Below the pieces are notes generated by a model that saw nothing but the letters and a program-made list of their open reading frames with translations, made no database searches and had not been told where the DNA came from. A stretch of 64,000 nucleotides of DNA from a virus, in IMG/VR virus record IMGVR_UViG_3300045988_140928, positions 1-64,000 of that record; one strand, 5' to 3'. Below, piece by piece: positions 1 to 10,594 of this stretch. Both the position numbers and the translations under genes were made by a program. The stretch's first letter is position 1. Each line of letters starts with the position of its first letter.

Positions 1-45
1 ACACTTTTAGTTAAATATTCAACTACTTTTGTACAAAAAAGTAAA
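1..45 (-). promoter_or_regulatory. partial copy of the repeated sigma-A-like promoter cassette (the -10 and the driven gene lie left of the window)
   Basis: Plus 1..58 is near-identical to 27011..27068 and 53672..53729. Minus-strand -35 TTGAAT is at 17..22. Confidence 0.5.
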
Positions 46-47
46 AT

Positions 48-77
48 AAAAAAGAGAGGTAAGAAATATACCCCTCT
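48..77 (-). terminator. rho-independent terminator after ORF 78..443
   Basis: Minus RNA AGAGGGG-loop-CCTCTCT (7 bp, one G.U) followed by UUUUU. The G.U pair makes the hairpin minus-strand specific. Confidence 0.55.
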
Positions 78-443
78 TTATTGCAAGTGGATGTGTCCTA
101 AAATTGTCGGAATAAAAGCAATTAAAATAGGCAACCAGATCAAAGTCCATGTATTGTTCTTTTGCTGGTTATCCTTTTCTAGTTGCTTACTCTTCTCTAG
201 GGCTTCTTGTGCCTTATCCTGTGCCTTAGCAGAATCGTCTTCCACATCATCAATACGACTATTAAAGTCTCGTTTTAACTCATCAAACTTACGATTAGAT
301 TGATCTATCTTATCATTTAATGACTTAATCTCAGTTTGAATAGACGCATTAGATGATTGCAGATCCATTAACAAGTTAAAGATTGTATCATTGTCTACCT
401 GCATAGTAGATTTACCTTGATTATTGTCTCTACTTTCCGCCAT
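78..443 (-). CDS. coiled-coil protein with C-terminal transmembrane anchor (possibly lysis-associated)
   Basis: The ORF is open to 542, but that would overlap the upstream ORF by 113 nt. The ATG at 441..443 (MAESRDNN) is the likelier start. C-terminus is WTLIWLPILIAFIPTILGHI. Confidence 0.5.
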   Translation of the reverse strand: MAESRDNNQGKSTMQVDNDTIFNLLMDLQSSNASIQTEIKSLNDKIDQSNRKFDELKRDFNSRIDDVEDDSAKAQDKAQEALEKSKQLEKDNQQKNNTWTLIWLPILIAFIPTILGHIHLQ

Positions 444-909
444 TTTCAGGTACTTGGCTAGTAGCTGGTTGACTTGCTTGGATATTCTCTTTTCCTTGTT
501 CTGGTACTGCTGGAGTTGGCTTTTCCACTGTTGCACTGTCACTTTTTAGTTGCTGAGAATCAGTTGGTGTAGTAGGCTGGTTTGTCTCCCCATAAACCTG
601 TTCTAGGTGTTCTTTTTGGGTGAACCAAGAACGTTCAATTTGTGCTTTAATCAAACTTTCGTCAACGTCAGTAATTCCTAAAGCCTTAAGCTGGCTATTA
701 ACAAAATTAAGAGCATATTGGAACTGTTCATTACCAGTAAGCTGTTTTGTTAAACCTAGCTTTTCAGCTTCTACAACTGCCATACTAACTAGGTTTTCAA
801 CTTTGTAAACCTGTTCACCTAGCTTGTGATTGTTAATCAATTGTTGACCGATCCAGCCCATTACAACTGGAATTAATGCGATTGCAATTGCCATCAGTAA
901 ATCGTGCAT
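430..909 (-). CDS. holin-like membrane protein (LL-H-type pattern: N-terminal TM then soluble tail)
   Basis: N-terminal hydrophobic helix LLMAIAIALIPVVMGWI followed by an amphipathic region. It lies at the distal end of the tail module. The family call is from memory only. Confidence 0.45.
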   Translation of the reverse strand: MHDLLMAIAIALIPVVMGWIGQQLINNHKLGEQVYKVENLVSMAVVEAEKLGLTKQLTGNEQFQYALNFVNSQLKALGITDVDESLIKAQIERSWFTQKEHLEQVYGETNQPTTPTDSQQLKSDSATVEKPTPAVPEQGKENIQASQPATSQVPENGGK

Positions 910-981
910 TCTATTCTTCCTCTCTGCTTATTAGGTAAATCTAATCTGTGCTAGTTCTAATATAGGATATTTAGGGTAAAT

Positions 982-1010
982 AAAAAGTACCTAGTCACTA
1001 AACTAAGTAC
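982..1010 (-). terminator. rho-independent terminator after the 1503-aa gene
   Basis: 10-bp hairpin AGTACTTAGT/ACTAGGTACT (one G.U, minus strand only) followed by UUUUU. Confidence 0.6.
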
Positions 1011-1056
1011 TTTCTAATTTATTATTTAATTGTGTATAACGTCATCCAACAAAAGG

Positions 1057-4000
1057 CTATACGTCATACTTAAATACTCCGCTCAGCTTTCTTACCTTGG
1101 GGCTTCTAAAATTACTAGACGCGTGCAAGTTAAGACGGACCTTAAACTGAGTAGCTAAATGATTTTGATCTGTAGCATTAGGAACAGTGGCTTGAAAGAT
1201 ATAACGAGTAAAGTAAGGGCTAACCTGTTTAGTTGAAGTTGGTTTAGAACCGCTAGTAGCGTCCTTATTTAACGTTGTACTCTTACCACCATTTTCTGGG
1301 AAGTTGTACCAAGTATTACCACCATCTACTGAATACATAGGTAGTACATAAGACTCTTCTGCTCCCGGATTAGGAATATAAGCGTCATATTGAATTTTAA
1401 CTTTGTTGAATGCGGCATCGCCTGATTCGTCTAAGTTAATAGATTCATAATGAGCTTTAGTACCAGTAAGGATAGAAGCTAAACTTAATGACTCAGTAGT
1501 TAAGATAGGAGCAATATATCTATCTGTAGTAAATTCTGCCATTAATTGAATAGCGTAGGTGTTTTGGAACAGAGCTAATTCACCATCCAACTGTTGTGGA
1601 TCATTACTTGTTGTAATCTTAGGAACAGTTGTAGTAGTAGTTCCCGGAACAGTAACAACCTTATTATCGTTATTAACAACTAAAGGCTTCCACTGTGCAT
1701 TATTTAAGACTGAGGTAAGATTATTACTACCGTCTAAGTTAATATCTGATTGCTGAATTAACTTAATATACCAGTGCATAGCAGTGTTTTGGTAAGTTAA
1801 GAAGTTAGTTAAAGTAGCTAAGCGGTCAATAGACGAAAGATAAGTATTAGGGGTTGTTTCTTTGTAATCCATATTAGGCCCCATATCAGTCTCTTTATCC
1901 CAAACAGTATTAGCAGATTGGTTAAAGTCAGACATAATAATAGGATCAAAGACAACTTGACCATTATCTAAGAATTCAGCTACATTAACTCTAAATTTCA
2001 AACTAGAAGCACCATCAGCGGTCCAAGTCATACCGTTGTTAGAAATGAATAAGTCACCATTTGAGTTAGGCGCTTTACCTAAAACATCACCAACATTAGC
2101 AGATACAGTGGATGTAATAGTAAAGTTTTGACCGGTAGCTTGTGGGTCATCATTATAAATAGCTTGGTAATTGGTATTATAACCAGTTTCAGACTTACCA
2201 GCACTCATAACGGTTTCACCCTTAGTTGCCTTAAAGACAGTATATTCATTACTATCTGAAATAAGAACAACAGCATAACCCTCATTAGCTTTAAGCGTAA
2301 CTGGGTCATCGAAAGTAATCCGAGTTGCAACACTACCGTCATTACTTGTATGAATTTCTTCTGGGTCAAGGTATTGTTCCGCTCTAACTACTCGGTTAGG
2401 GTATTGAGTATCTCCTAATTCCCTAATTTGAACGATTAGTTGTGGTCTATGAGTTTCATTACTATTAGCACCAGCAGGCTTAGTCATAAAATACAAGTCA
2501 ATAGATGATAATTGTCTAGTTTCTTGTAAGTAGAATGATTGAGCCAACGGGTCCCAAAGGTTAACAGTATAAGTTTGTTTTTCAATAACATTAGTAGTAG
2601 TTCTAAGAGTACCATTAGCAGTGTAATTAGTAGAAGCCACGTCACCACTGTTATTAACAATCTTAACTACCCGAGTACCACAACGAATTGTTCCGCCCGG
2701 GATTACAAAAGTACCGTGGATTTCACCCTTGGTATCAGTCTTAAAGGTTCCCGCCTTAGCTCCTTTGTAACTATCGTTTTCTGGAGTAGGTTCTTGGACT
2801 GGGGTACCATCAATCGTAATCGTGTAACCATCTGTTAAAGGCCTAAAGTTAGTGGCTTTAAAGGTAATCTTCTTACTTCTCATGTACTCAATTAATGAGT
2901 CAGTAGTAGAAGTACCACCGTCACCAATCATCCAACCTGTTTGGCCCAAGGTATTACCAGAACCAGTATCAACAACCCCGTTAAGACCCCCATAGCGCAT
3001 CAATTCTTGACCCGCTTGATCAATAGCGTGTTGTTGTGCAGTACGACCATCATTATACCAGCCCATGCTAGTATCACTCATATGCCTCCACCACTTATTC
3101 ATGTTAATAGTACCTTTATCAACACGCTTAAAATCAGTGGTGGTTTTAGTGTCCATCCAATTATCAATAGCAGGATCAATCGTTAAATTACCATTAGCAG
3201 AGAAAATGTTAAACTCATTAATATTAATTACACCAGTGGCAATAGATTGACTAAGAGCTTCTACTTCATGATAAGGTGGGCGAACTAAATGACCATGTAA
3301 TGAGATATTAGAAAGAGCCTTATTCATGTTAGGTGATAAATCAGCTTTAGCTTGTGCTGGAATAGAAATTTCACCATTCTCGAAATCGTAAGCAACATTA
3401 CTATTAGTATCGTCACGGTTAGCAATAGTAGCAAAACTATCAGCAAAAGCGTCTTTTAATACTACTGGATCTTCTGAACGCTTAACATCAGATTGCATAT
3501 AGTTAAGAGCCATATTATATTCTGCATTATCTAAACGATGTCCCCATTGTTGCAAGGATTCAAAAGTAATCCGAGTAATAGTTTGCATGGTAAAGACTGC
3601 ATTATGTGAATTAGGCTCAATATATACATAACCAAGCTCAAGAGTCAATGGGTCATTTACTACTGGTGGAGTAATAGAATTAAGTGGTCCGGGTTGCCCT
3701 TTAATCACTTTAAATGGATTTGCTTGGTCCATTGTAATTCTAATCATATCAATCCGAGCAGTAAAGTAGCTATAGGTAACATTAACTGTTGAACTAGCGA
3801 CTGGCTTAGCACCTTTCATGTTATCAATATCAATAGAAGTAACGCCATCTTGTACTACTACTCGATAGTCCGTACCCTCTTTAGCATTAATAGAATAATC
3901 ATAAGTAATGTTATAGCCCTGTCCGGGGGTAGGCAAGTCATTAGCATTCGGAAGAGGATTACCCTTAAGGTCAACACCCCAATAAATAGTATTTCCCACA

Positions 4001-5568
4001 TAGGTAAAATCTTTTCCTTCTTCAAATTCTTTTGCAGTATTCCAAATCTTACGAATATAAGTAACATTCTTGCTAGTGAAGTTATCCTTAACGTCACTAC
4101 CTGCCCCACGTGCATGATTAATAGTTTCTCGTGACGTATAAGTAACCCCAGCAACCTTTCGGACCGGTTGATTAATTAATTGGTAAGTTGAGCCATCACC
4201 ACGGTAATAGAAGCCTTCATTAGTTGCAGTACCTAATTGGTTAGCAACGTCAAGTTTAATTGTAGTAGGTTCAGAAGTAGAAATACTATAACCTTGTACA
4301 TAAGCTTGTCCAGCATCAATATCAAGCAAAATCTTGTTTGCATCTGTTGGATCTTGTGCACCTTTAGATGGATCTGCGTTTTTTCTTAAGTGAGCTTCAA
4401 AACCATAAGAACGGAATGAACCAGATTGGTCATAAGTTCGTTTAGCTAAGATTGGTTCCAAATTAGAGTAGTCTGGTTTAATCGCTCTTTGATTAAGAAC
4501 GTTATCTTGGAATACGACAAACGGTGTAGCACTAGCATCTTGGTAAGTAAGAACAACATTATAATGAAGTCGATCTGCTCCAGCTTCACCTTTAGTTACT
4601 GCACCGGGAGTATCGTCAAGCAAAGATGGATCATCACTTGCAGTAACGATATTTTCATCTAGTCTTAAACCGATTTCTTCTCGACCAGTTCCCTTAATAG
4701 AAAAGTCTTGTTGGTCAAATTCCCGTACAGCACCGTTTAAGTAAACCCGACCAGATCTTACAGTATAGTCCTTAATTCGTTCAGTATCAGAAGCAGTACC
4801 TGAGTCTTTAGAATTAATCTTCCAATCAGTAGCTTCATTCCCGTCTTCTATATAAAGCTTATCAATATTAAGCTCCGTAGAATTAGAAGTTGGATCATAA
4901 CCTGCATTAATAGCAAGCTTAAAGCTAACAGAACCAGAAGCTTTAGTACGATATTTAACGACAAATTTATGAGAACCATCGTTAAGGTTAACTTGGTTTC
5001 CATTAGTTAAGACCAAAGCAGAAGCATTGGTTAAGTCTGAAATATTAGAGCTAATAGTATTACCATCTACCGTCCAGCTAATTAAGTCAACTTTACTATC
5101 ATCTGCAACTAAGTTAATCTTGTTTAGATTACCAGAATTCTTACTAATAGTAAAACTTACTACTGCGCCTAAACCATTAGTTACATTACCAGTAAAGTCA
5201 ATAGAAGGAACATCAGTAGGTAAATTACCTTCTGTTGTTACAGTAATTCTACCGTCTCGAACATAACCACCAGTCGAATATTTAGAATTATTAGCAAACA
5301 GACTAGATACTGAGAATGAGTTTGGCATCTTAGTATCTGCTGTCGTTCGGTCTGGTTTTGGAATAATTTCCATCCCAGAGATAATAGCCCCCTCTTGGAA
5401 AAGAGAGTCTCCTAGCATTTCCAGTTGGTTATTTTGGATAGATTGCAATTCGAGCAACTCGCTGGAGAAGGCGGGTCTTCCGGGCCGAAATAAAACCTTA
5501 GAAAATCTTTTAGAAAGATTAAAGTGATTTCCATAAGGTTGTTGACTATCGTCTATTGTACCTGCCAT
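1057..5568 (-). CDS. large tail/baseplate-associated structural protein (adsorption-associated type)
   Basis: 1503-aa uninterrupted ORF. N-terminus VLFRPGRPAFSSELLELQSIQNNQL resembles the conserved start of large myovirus baseplate/tail proteins. Position is distal to the baseplate genes. Confidence 0.75.
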   Translation of the reverse strand: MAGTIDDSQQPYGNHFNLSKRFSKVLFRPGRPAFSSELLELQSIQNNQLEMLGDSLFQEGAIISGMEIIPKPDRTTADTKMPNSFSVSSLFANNSKYSTGGYVRDGRITVTTEGNLPTDVPSIDFTGNVTNGLGAVVSFTISKNSGNLNKINLVADDSKVDLISWTVDGNTISSNISDLTNASALVLTNGNQVNLNDGSHKFVVKYRTKASGSVSFKLAINAGYDPTSNSTELNIDKLYIEDGNEATDWKINSKDSGTASDTERIKDYTVRSGRVYLNGAVREFDQQDFSIKGTGREEIGLRLDENIVTASDDPSLLDDTPGAVTKGEAGADRLHYNVVLTYQDASATPFVVFQDNVLNQRAIKPDYSNLEPILAKRTYDQSGSFRSYGFEAHLRKNADPSKGAQDPTDANKILLDIDAGQAYVQGYSISTSEPTTIKLDVANQLGTATNEGFYYRGDGSTYQLINQPVRKVAGVTYTSRETINHARGAGSDVKDNFTSKNVTYIRKIWNTAKEFEEGKDFTYVGNTIYWGVDLKGNPLPNANDLPTPGQGYNITYDYSINAKEGTDYRVVVQDGVTSIDIDNMKGAKPVASSTVNVTYSYFTARIDMIRITMDQANPFKVIKGQPGPLNSITPPVVNDPLTLELGYVYIEPNSHNAVFTMQTITRITFESLQQWGHRLDNAEYNMALNYMQSDVKRSEDPVVLKDAFADSFATIANRDDTNSNVAYDFENGEISIPAQAKADLSPNMNKALSNISLHGHLVRPPYHEVEALSQSIATGVININEFNIFSANGNLTIDPAIDNWMDTKTTTDFKRVDKGTINMNKWWRHMSDTSMGWYNDGRTAQQHAIDQAGQELMRYGGLNGVVDTGSGNTLGQTGWMIGDGGTSTTDSLIEYMRSKKITFKATNFRPLTDGYTITIDGTPVQEPTPENDSYKGAKAGTFKTDTKGEIHGTFVIPGGTIRCGTRVVKIVNNSGDVASTNYTANGTLRTTTNVIEKQTYTVNLWDPLAQSFYLQETRQLSSIDLYFMTKPAGANSNETHRPQLIVQIRELGDTQYPNRVVRAEQYLDPEEIHTSNDGSVATRITFDDPVTLKANEGYAVVLISDSNEYTVFKATKGETVMSAGKSETGYNTNYQAIYNDDPQATGQNFTITSTVSANVGDVLGKAPNSNGDLFISNNGMTWTADGASSLKFRVNVAEFLDNGQVVFDPIIMSDFNQSANTVWDKETDMGPNMDYKETTPNTYLSSIDRLATLTNFLTYQNTAMHWYIKLIQQSDINLDGSNNLTSVLNNAQWKPLVVNNDNKVVTVPGTTTTTVPKITTSNDPQQLDGELALFQNTYAIQLMAEFTTDRYIAPILTTESLSLASILTGTKAHYESINLDESGDAAFNKVKIQYDAYIPNPGAEESYVLPMYSVDGGNTWYNFPENGGKSTTLNKDATSGSKPTSTKQVSPYFTRYIFQATVPNATDQNHLATQFKVRLNLHASSNFRSPKVRKLSGVFKYDV

Positions 5569-5603
5569 ATACTTTTATCATTCCTTTCTAATCAAACTTT
5601 AAT

Positions 5604-6152
5604 TTAAAAGCGAATCATGTACTTCAATATTTTCCGTTGTGTATTACCGTATGTTTCCATAGGTCTATTTTCATAGAAATACATATTGCCCCAATTAATA
5701 ACATTTTGTTTTTGAGCTTCATGTTTAGATGGTGCATTATCTGCAATTGCTACTTCTTCGGAAACACCAATCTGGGTAAAGCTAAACATAGGGAGTTTAG
5801 CAACATCTAAAGTACCAATTAAACAAACATAATTAGCGGGTTGAAGCACTTGATTATTACTTAATACTTGGTCTGATCTAATGGTTTTCCATTTATTACC
5901 TCTATAAATAACAAAGTCGTCACCGTCAGTAGCACTATCTGGGACGTGTTCATCTGTTTGATAGCATAATACTAACCGATCAACTTTAACCACTGCTAAA
6001 GGATTTTCAATCATTGTAGTACTAGCACTTTCGGGGCTAGGACTAGAAGGATCAGGCCAATCCCTATCTCGACCTAACACAAAATACAAGTCTCGCTTTT
6101 GACTAAAGTCGATTGCTTGTAATACGTGTCCTGTATTTGTTTCAATCGCCAA
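5604..6152 (-). CDS. hypothetical virion protein
   Basis: 182-aa ORF tightly packed in the tail operon. Confidence 0.6.
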   Translation of the reverse strand: MAIETNTGHVLQAIDFSQKRDLYFVLGRDRDWPDPSSPSPESASTTMIENPLAVVKVDRLVLCYQTDEHVPDSATDGDDFVIYRGNKWKTIRSDQVLSNNQVLQPANYVCLIGTLDVAKLPMFSFTQIGVSEEVAIADNAPSKHEAQKQNVINWGNMYFYENRPMETYGNTQRKILKYMIRF

Positions 6153-6154
6153 TC

Positions 6155-6397
6155 CTATTCACCTCTAACTTCTACACTCGTAGTTGATACATAGAGCTGA
6201 ACAGAAGCAGGAGGATTAGGAATGATAATATCAGCAGGTTTTGTAAAGTATTTCTTATGTAAGACTTGAGCTTCTTTTTCATCAATCCAGCCAAAATCTA
6301 CTGCTTTATCAATATACCATTCTTCCTTAAATACTCCCTGTTCATATCCAGCACACATCTGGTTATACCAATAATTATCGTAAAACTCAGCTCTCAT
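6155..6397 (-). CDS. hypothetical protein
   Basis: 80-aa ORF. Its start overlaps the upstream stop at 6397. Confidence 0.5.
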   Translation of the reverse strand: MRAEFYDNYWYNQMCAGYEQGVFKEEWYIDKAVDFGWIDEKEAQVLHKKYFTKPADIIIPNPPASVQLYVSTTSVEVRGE

Positions 6398-6960
6398 TAC
6401 TTATCACTTTCCTTTGTTGGATCTGGTGTATCTGGATTTACTGAATTAATTGCTGTACTAGACTCTGCCTTATCTTCTTGTTCAGCAACGTTAGAGTCAG
6501 CAGTAGCGGGCTGAGCTTGGTCTCCCGCACTAGCTGGGGCATGATTCACTCCATTAAACATATCCATCATATTAGATAGAGAACCACCAGCGGAACTTGC
6601 GGGTGCAGTAGATGAGCTATCAGCAGAACTAGCAGAAGAAGCAGATTGAGCTTGGTTTGGATCTACCGGAATATTATTAGGATTAGTATTGTTATCGTCT
6701 TTAGAAGCTGGAACCAATCCATTTAATTGTGCTTCTAAAGTATTAATCTTCTTAATTAGTGGATCATCACTAGATACAGTCCAACTATTTGTATTCCAAT
6801 CATAACGAATACCCCGATTACCTAAACTAGCGTCTGGCATCGAAGTAACAATCGGTAATTGTACATGAGCATTTTCTGGTACAAATACTGGGTAGTAGTA
6901 ATTACCATTTTCGTCTGGATAATCTGTTGTCATATAGGCTTGTGTAAATTTAACAACCAT
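6397..6960 (-). CDS. hypothetical tail protein with Ser/Ala-rich linker
   Basis: 187-aa ORF with RBS AAAGGAG upstream of the ATG. Low-complexity stretch SASSASSADSSSTAPASSAGG. Confidence 0.6.
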   Translation of the reverse strand: MVVKFTQAYMTTDYPDENGNYYYPVFVPENAHVQLPIVTSMPDASLGNRGIRYDWNTNSWTVSSDDPLIKKINTLEAQLNGLVPASKDDNNTNPNNIPVDPNQAQSASSASSADSSSTAPASSAGGSLSNMMDMFNGVNHAPASAGDQAQPATADSNVAEQEDKAESSTAINSVNPDTPDPTKESDK

Positions 6961-7036
6961 TTATATTGCTCCTTTAATTTATTCTTTCTAATTATAATAG
7001 AAAGTCTCTATTGTCTTTAATTAATATAGTTGAAAT

Positions 7037-7061
7037 TAAAAAGACAGGAATTATCCTGTCT
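7037..7061 (-). terminator. rho-independent terminator
   Basis: AGACAGGA/TCCTGTCT 8-bp stem followed by UUUUU, immediately after the stop at 7063. Confidence 0.65.
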
Positions 7062-7062
7062 C

Positions 7063-8415
7063 TTAATCATCATATCTATCTTGTGTATATGCACCCATCT
7101 TAAATTGACCATCAGTTGATCCCATTCTCATTACACCAACACTATCGTCTTCATAGTCGAAACCGAAGTAATCAACTGAGATAGGGGACTGAGTATCAAA
7201 CATAAACTTTACATACATAATTCCATTGTTATTAAGATATGGTTTTAATGTGTTAAAGCTAAGCTTATATAATTTATACTTAGAGCTTAATTCATAATCA
7301 GAAAACTTTACCCACATATTATTAATGAAATCATATACATAAGGGTGGATTGTTTGCTTGTTACCTAACCCTTTAACTTTCATATAAGTAGCAAGTGTCT
7401 TAATAGGGAATTTATCTAACTTATTAAGAACTGCTTGCTTAGGGGTTCCGCCGGTTAGATTACCACCTAGGAAAGTATAAAAATCAATTCCACCCCCAAT
7501 GCCTAAAGAATTATATTCAAAGTCCTTAGATAGGCTATCAATTCTTGACATCGCATTATAATCTTGTAAAGGTAACCTCTCTACAAATGACTTAGATTGA
7601 CCAGTGTCTAAATTTAGGTTAGGCTGATAATCTTTTAAGACCTTACCTAGCCAAGCCATATTATGAAAACCACCGGGGGTATAATATTCTTTTCCACCAT
7701 TCAAAAGACTATCATTATAAATAAACGGATCGGTTACATGAATAGTTCGATCAAAATTAGGAAGAATATAATTAGCATCTCTTTCAGTAAAACCTATATA
7801 GTCAATATCCTCTGTAATAAAGCTATATTTATCATAAGCCGTAAAATCAATAATTGGTGCTTTAGTATTTAATACGTTAACTAAAGAAGTAATAACCCAG
7901 ATAACCCCAGCAGGTCTAAATAGATTAATAATCTCACTAGCAATACTATTAATAGGTGAGTCAATCTGAACATCAATCACTGCATAACGGTAGTAAGTAG
8001 ATGGATAAAATTTATAAGTATTCCATTTACTAGAATTCCAGATAAACATATCACGATAAGGTTCATAAATATAAATATTACCTACATTAGTGTGTAAATA
8101 ATTAGCTAGAGCCTCTCTAATACTATTAGTAGTACTCCGACTATGCAAAACGTGATGTTTTAACTTCTCACGATAGGTATAATCATTTTCACCACTAAGA
8201 CGCTGTAATCCTAACCAGCTACCCCAATAGTCTAACCAAACACCCCTAGCTGTATCTAAATAAGAATCAATCTTAGTCGAATACATACTGGCTTCTGCCC
8301 GATCTACCTCATATTGTAAAGCATTAATCAAGGCATCATTAACTTCACCAGTTGGCTTACTATATCCTCTTAATGCGCCTTTCCATAAAGGATGTAAGTT
8401 ATTAGCAATACTCAT
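7063..8415 (-). CDS. baseplate/tail protein, N-terminus P2 gpI / XkdU-like
   Basis: 450 aa. It follows the gpJ-like gene. N-terminal pattern LDYWGSWLGLQRLSGE resembles the gpI/DUF2313 family. Confidence 0.55.
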   Translation of the reverse strand: MSIANNLHPLWKGALRGYSKPTGEVNDALINALQYEVDRAEASMYSTKIDSYLDTARGVWLDYWGSWLGLQRLSGENDYTYREKLKHHVLHSRSTTNSIREALANYLHTNVGNIYIYEPYRDMFIWNSSKWNTYKFYPSTYYRYAVIDVQIDSPINSIASEIINLFRPAGVIWVITSLVNVLNTKAPIIDFTAYDKYSFITEDIDYIGFTERDANYILPNFDRTIHVTDPFIYNDSLLNGGKEYYTPGGFHNMAWLGKVLKDYQPNLNLDTGQSKSFVERLPLQDYNAMSRIDSLSKDFEYNSLGIGGGIDFYTFLGGNLTGGTPKQAVLNKLDKFPIKTLATYMKVKGLGNKQTIHPYVYDFINNMWVKFSDYELSSKYKLYKLSFNTLKPYLNNNGIMYVKFMFDTQSPISVDYFGFDYEDDSVGVMRMGSTDGQFKMGAYTQDRYDD

Positions 8416-8427
8416 AACCTACACCTC

Positions 8428-9861
8428 CTATTTACCAATTCCATTAACTAAAACACTTGGTAGAGAATCATCTTGAGGGGCTTTATCATTAATTAAAATA
8501 GTAGGGTCTGCTTCATTACCCTCTTGCTTAAATTTAATATTACAAATAGCTAAACGTAAGATTTCATTAGAATTAGTTCTATATACGTCATCAATATCTA
8601 AACCTTGGGTAATTTCGTCCTGTTCTGGTTGTTTATCTTTTACGATTGAGTCTTTCCAACTAACGCCATCCTGTTCAGCAAGTTTATTAGACTTACGACC
8701 TAAAATACCGTAAGTACCCTCTTGCGTAATATCAGTAGGTCTAAGATAAGGTTGTCTTACTTCTGCACCCTTTACATTAATGATTGTATCATCACTAATT
8801 CCGGGGTTATTTAACATTTCTCGATCTGGATAAACCTTAACATCTACTGTTGTATCAAGTAATCCTAAGTCATCTGTATCCATTACTTTTTGAATAATAT
8901 TAGCTTTATAAAGAGGCTCACCCACTGTAAGGGAATTAATATAGTTAGCTAGATTCTGTTTAATCAAAGCAAGAAAATCATTTGTTTGTAGATCAGAATT
9001 GTCTACCCTAACCGTAATATCAAGAGCAACTACGGATTTATGAGTTGGATAAACCATGACTTTAATACCTGCGGGTTTATAATCTACTAACCGATCAGCA
9101 ATCTGTTGTTTAAGATCATCACTTAGATTACCATTAGCGTCATGAGCATAAACTACCACCGCCCCATATGTAGATTCATAAACATTAGCACCCGCAACCC
9201 CAGATACGCTTTCTGCAATGTATTTTAAGGATTGATTAGTACCTCTTGCTAAAGATTGAATCATTTGTCTAAAACGAACTTTAGCCTGCTGTGGGTTTTC
9301 CTCGTCTTCACCAGTGTTAAATGCTTCTGGGTTATAAACTTCTGCAATTCCACCAATATCAGTTGTACGATCAATTATTCGATCTGGAATATTACCATAA
9401 GAACCAATTACTGTACAGTAAACCGGAATAGTAAAGGACTTCGAACCTTTGGGTACTCGATAGGGAACCATTGTTCTATATACCTGTTCATAATTAGGAT
9501 TAGTAGAATAAAAACGTGTTCCTCGATCTACTACTAGATCTTGTTGTAATGTTCCATTAAGCCGAATAAAAACATCACCAAAAGCATAGGTAGCACTTTT
9601 ATGTGTGAAGCCAAAAGCAGAAGTTACAGCGTCATCAATCGACTTTTGTAAATTCTCTAATGTGTAATAATAAAGTTTTTCAATTTCAATAGCTTCGGCT
9701 TCAATTAAAGTACGAGTAATAGAACCAGTACTAAAGTCATTAATTAAATCAGTATGTGTTCTTACTTGGTCAATTTCAGACTGAATAATTTGACTAGCTT
9801 TCCTAAAAGCAAAACCATTTTTATCTATTTGAGTTGTATCTGCTGAAGTATCAATTGCCAA
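8428..9861 (-). CDS. baseplate wedge protein (gpJ / T4 gp6-like)
   Basis: 477 aa, immediately downstream of the gp25-like gene. Size and synteny are typical of Baseplate_J proteins. Confidence 0.6.
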   Translation of the reverse strand: MAIDTSADTTQIDKNGFAFRKASQIIQSEIDQVRTHTDLINDFSTGSITRTLIEAEAIEIEKLYYYTLENLQKSIDDAVTSAFGFTHKSATYAFGDVFIRLNGTLQQDLVVDRGTRFYSTNPNYEQVYRTMVPYRVPKGSKSFTIPVYCTVIGSYGNIPDRIIDRTTDIGGIAEVYNPEAFNTGEDEENPQQAKVRFRQMIQSLARGTNQSLKYIAESVSGVAGANVYESTYGAVVVYAHDANGNLSDDLKQQIADRLVDYKPAGIKVMVYPTHKSVVALDITVRVDNSDLQTNDFLALIKQNLANYINSLTVGEPLYKANIIQKVMDTDDLGLLDTTVDVKVYPDREMLNNPGISDDTIINVKGAEVRQPYLRPTDITQEGTYGILGRKSNKLAEQDGVSWKDSIVKDKQPEQDEITQGLDIDDVYRTNSNEILRLAICNIKFKQEGNEADPTILINDKAPQDDSLPSVLVNGIGK

Positions 9862-9874
9862 ACCTATTCACTTC

Positions 9875-10582
9875 CTATCTGATTGAAATTTCTCCATTTT
9901 CTGATTGATAAAGATAAAGATTAAACGCTTCTCTTGAACCAATTGGTGTAATATCTGCCGTTAAAAACATCGAAGTATAAGACATCTTAGCAGAAGTCAC
10001 TGTTGCTTTCTTTACTCGTGGATCAGACGTGAGCGTGCGCCTAAGCTCATTTTTAGCGTCCATGAGTAATTGCCTATTCATTTGCTTGCCAAGCATATCA
10101 GGCAAGAGAGAGCCATATTCAGGGTGAAATAAAAGTGTCCCCTTACGAGTTAGGATTCTTAAAATTAAACTCTGCTTTAGATTATCTGTTCCGGTTACTG
10201 TATTAGGTTGGTAACCATCTGAGTCTAAAATTCCAAACGCTTCGTCCATATGGCCGTCTGTGTTAACATTTAGAGCAAGATCCATTCCCATAACCGTATC
10301 ATAGTAAGCTGGCTGATAATGAGCAGTATTAGACTCGATAATCTTATTTTCACTTGCTCTTTGCCATGTATCTTGGTCATTAGGCAACAACATTCGATCC
10401 CCACGAGTTAATAGATGTTCTGGATTTCCCATCTTCTCTTGCGGAGTATCTACAATATATGGATACTCTAAATGATTAAGGTTAACCAACATGTGCCATT
10501 GCTCCATATCTCGATAGAGCTTAAACGCGATAGTTTGAATTGTGTCTCCCTCTTGAATTACGTAATGTTTATAAACACTCAA
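9875..10582 (-). CDS. LysM + gp25/GPW-like baseplate wedge protein
   Basis: N-terminal LysM pattern YVIQEGDTIQTIAFKLY. gp25-like core QSLILRILTRKGTLLFHPEYGSLLPDMLG. Confidence 0.7.
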   Translation of the reverse strand: MSVYKHYVIQEGDTIQTIAFKLYRDMEQWHMLVNLNHLEYPYIVDTPQEKMGNPEHLLTRGDRMLLPNDQDTWQRASENKIIESNTAHYQPAYYDTVMGMDLALNVNTDGHMDEAFGILDSDGYQPNTVTGTDNLKQSLILRILTRKGTLLFHPEYGSLLPDMLGKQMNRQLLMDAKNELRRTLTSDPRVKKATVTSAKMSYTSMFLTADITPIGSREAFNLYLYQSENGEISIR

Positions 10583-10594
10583 AATCTCACCACC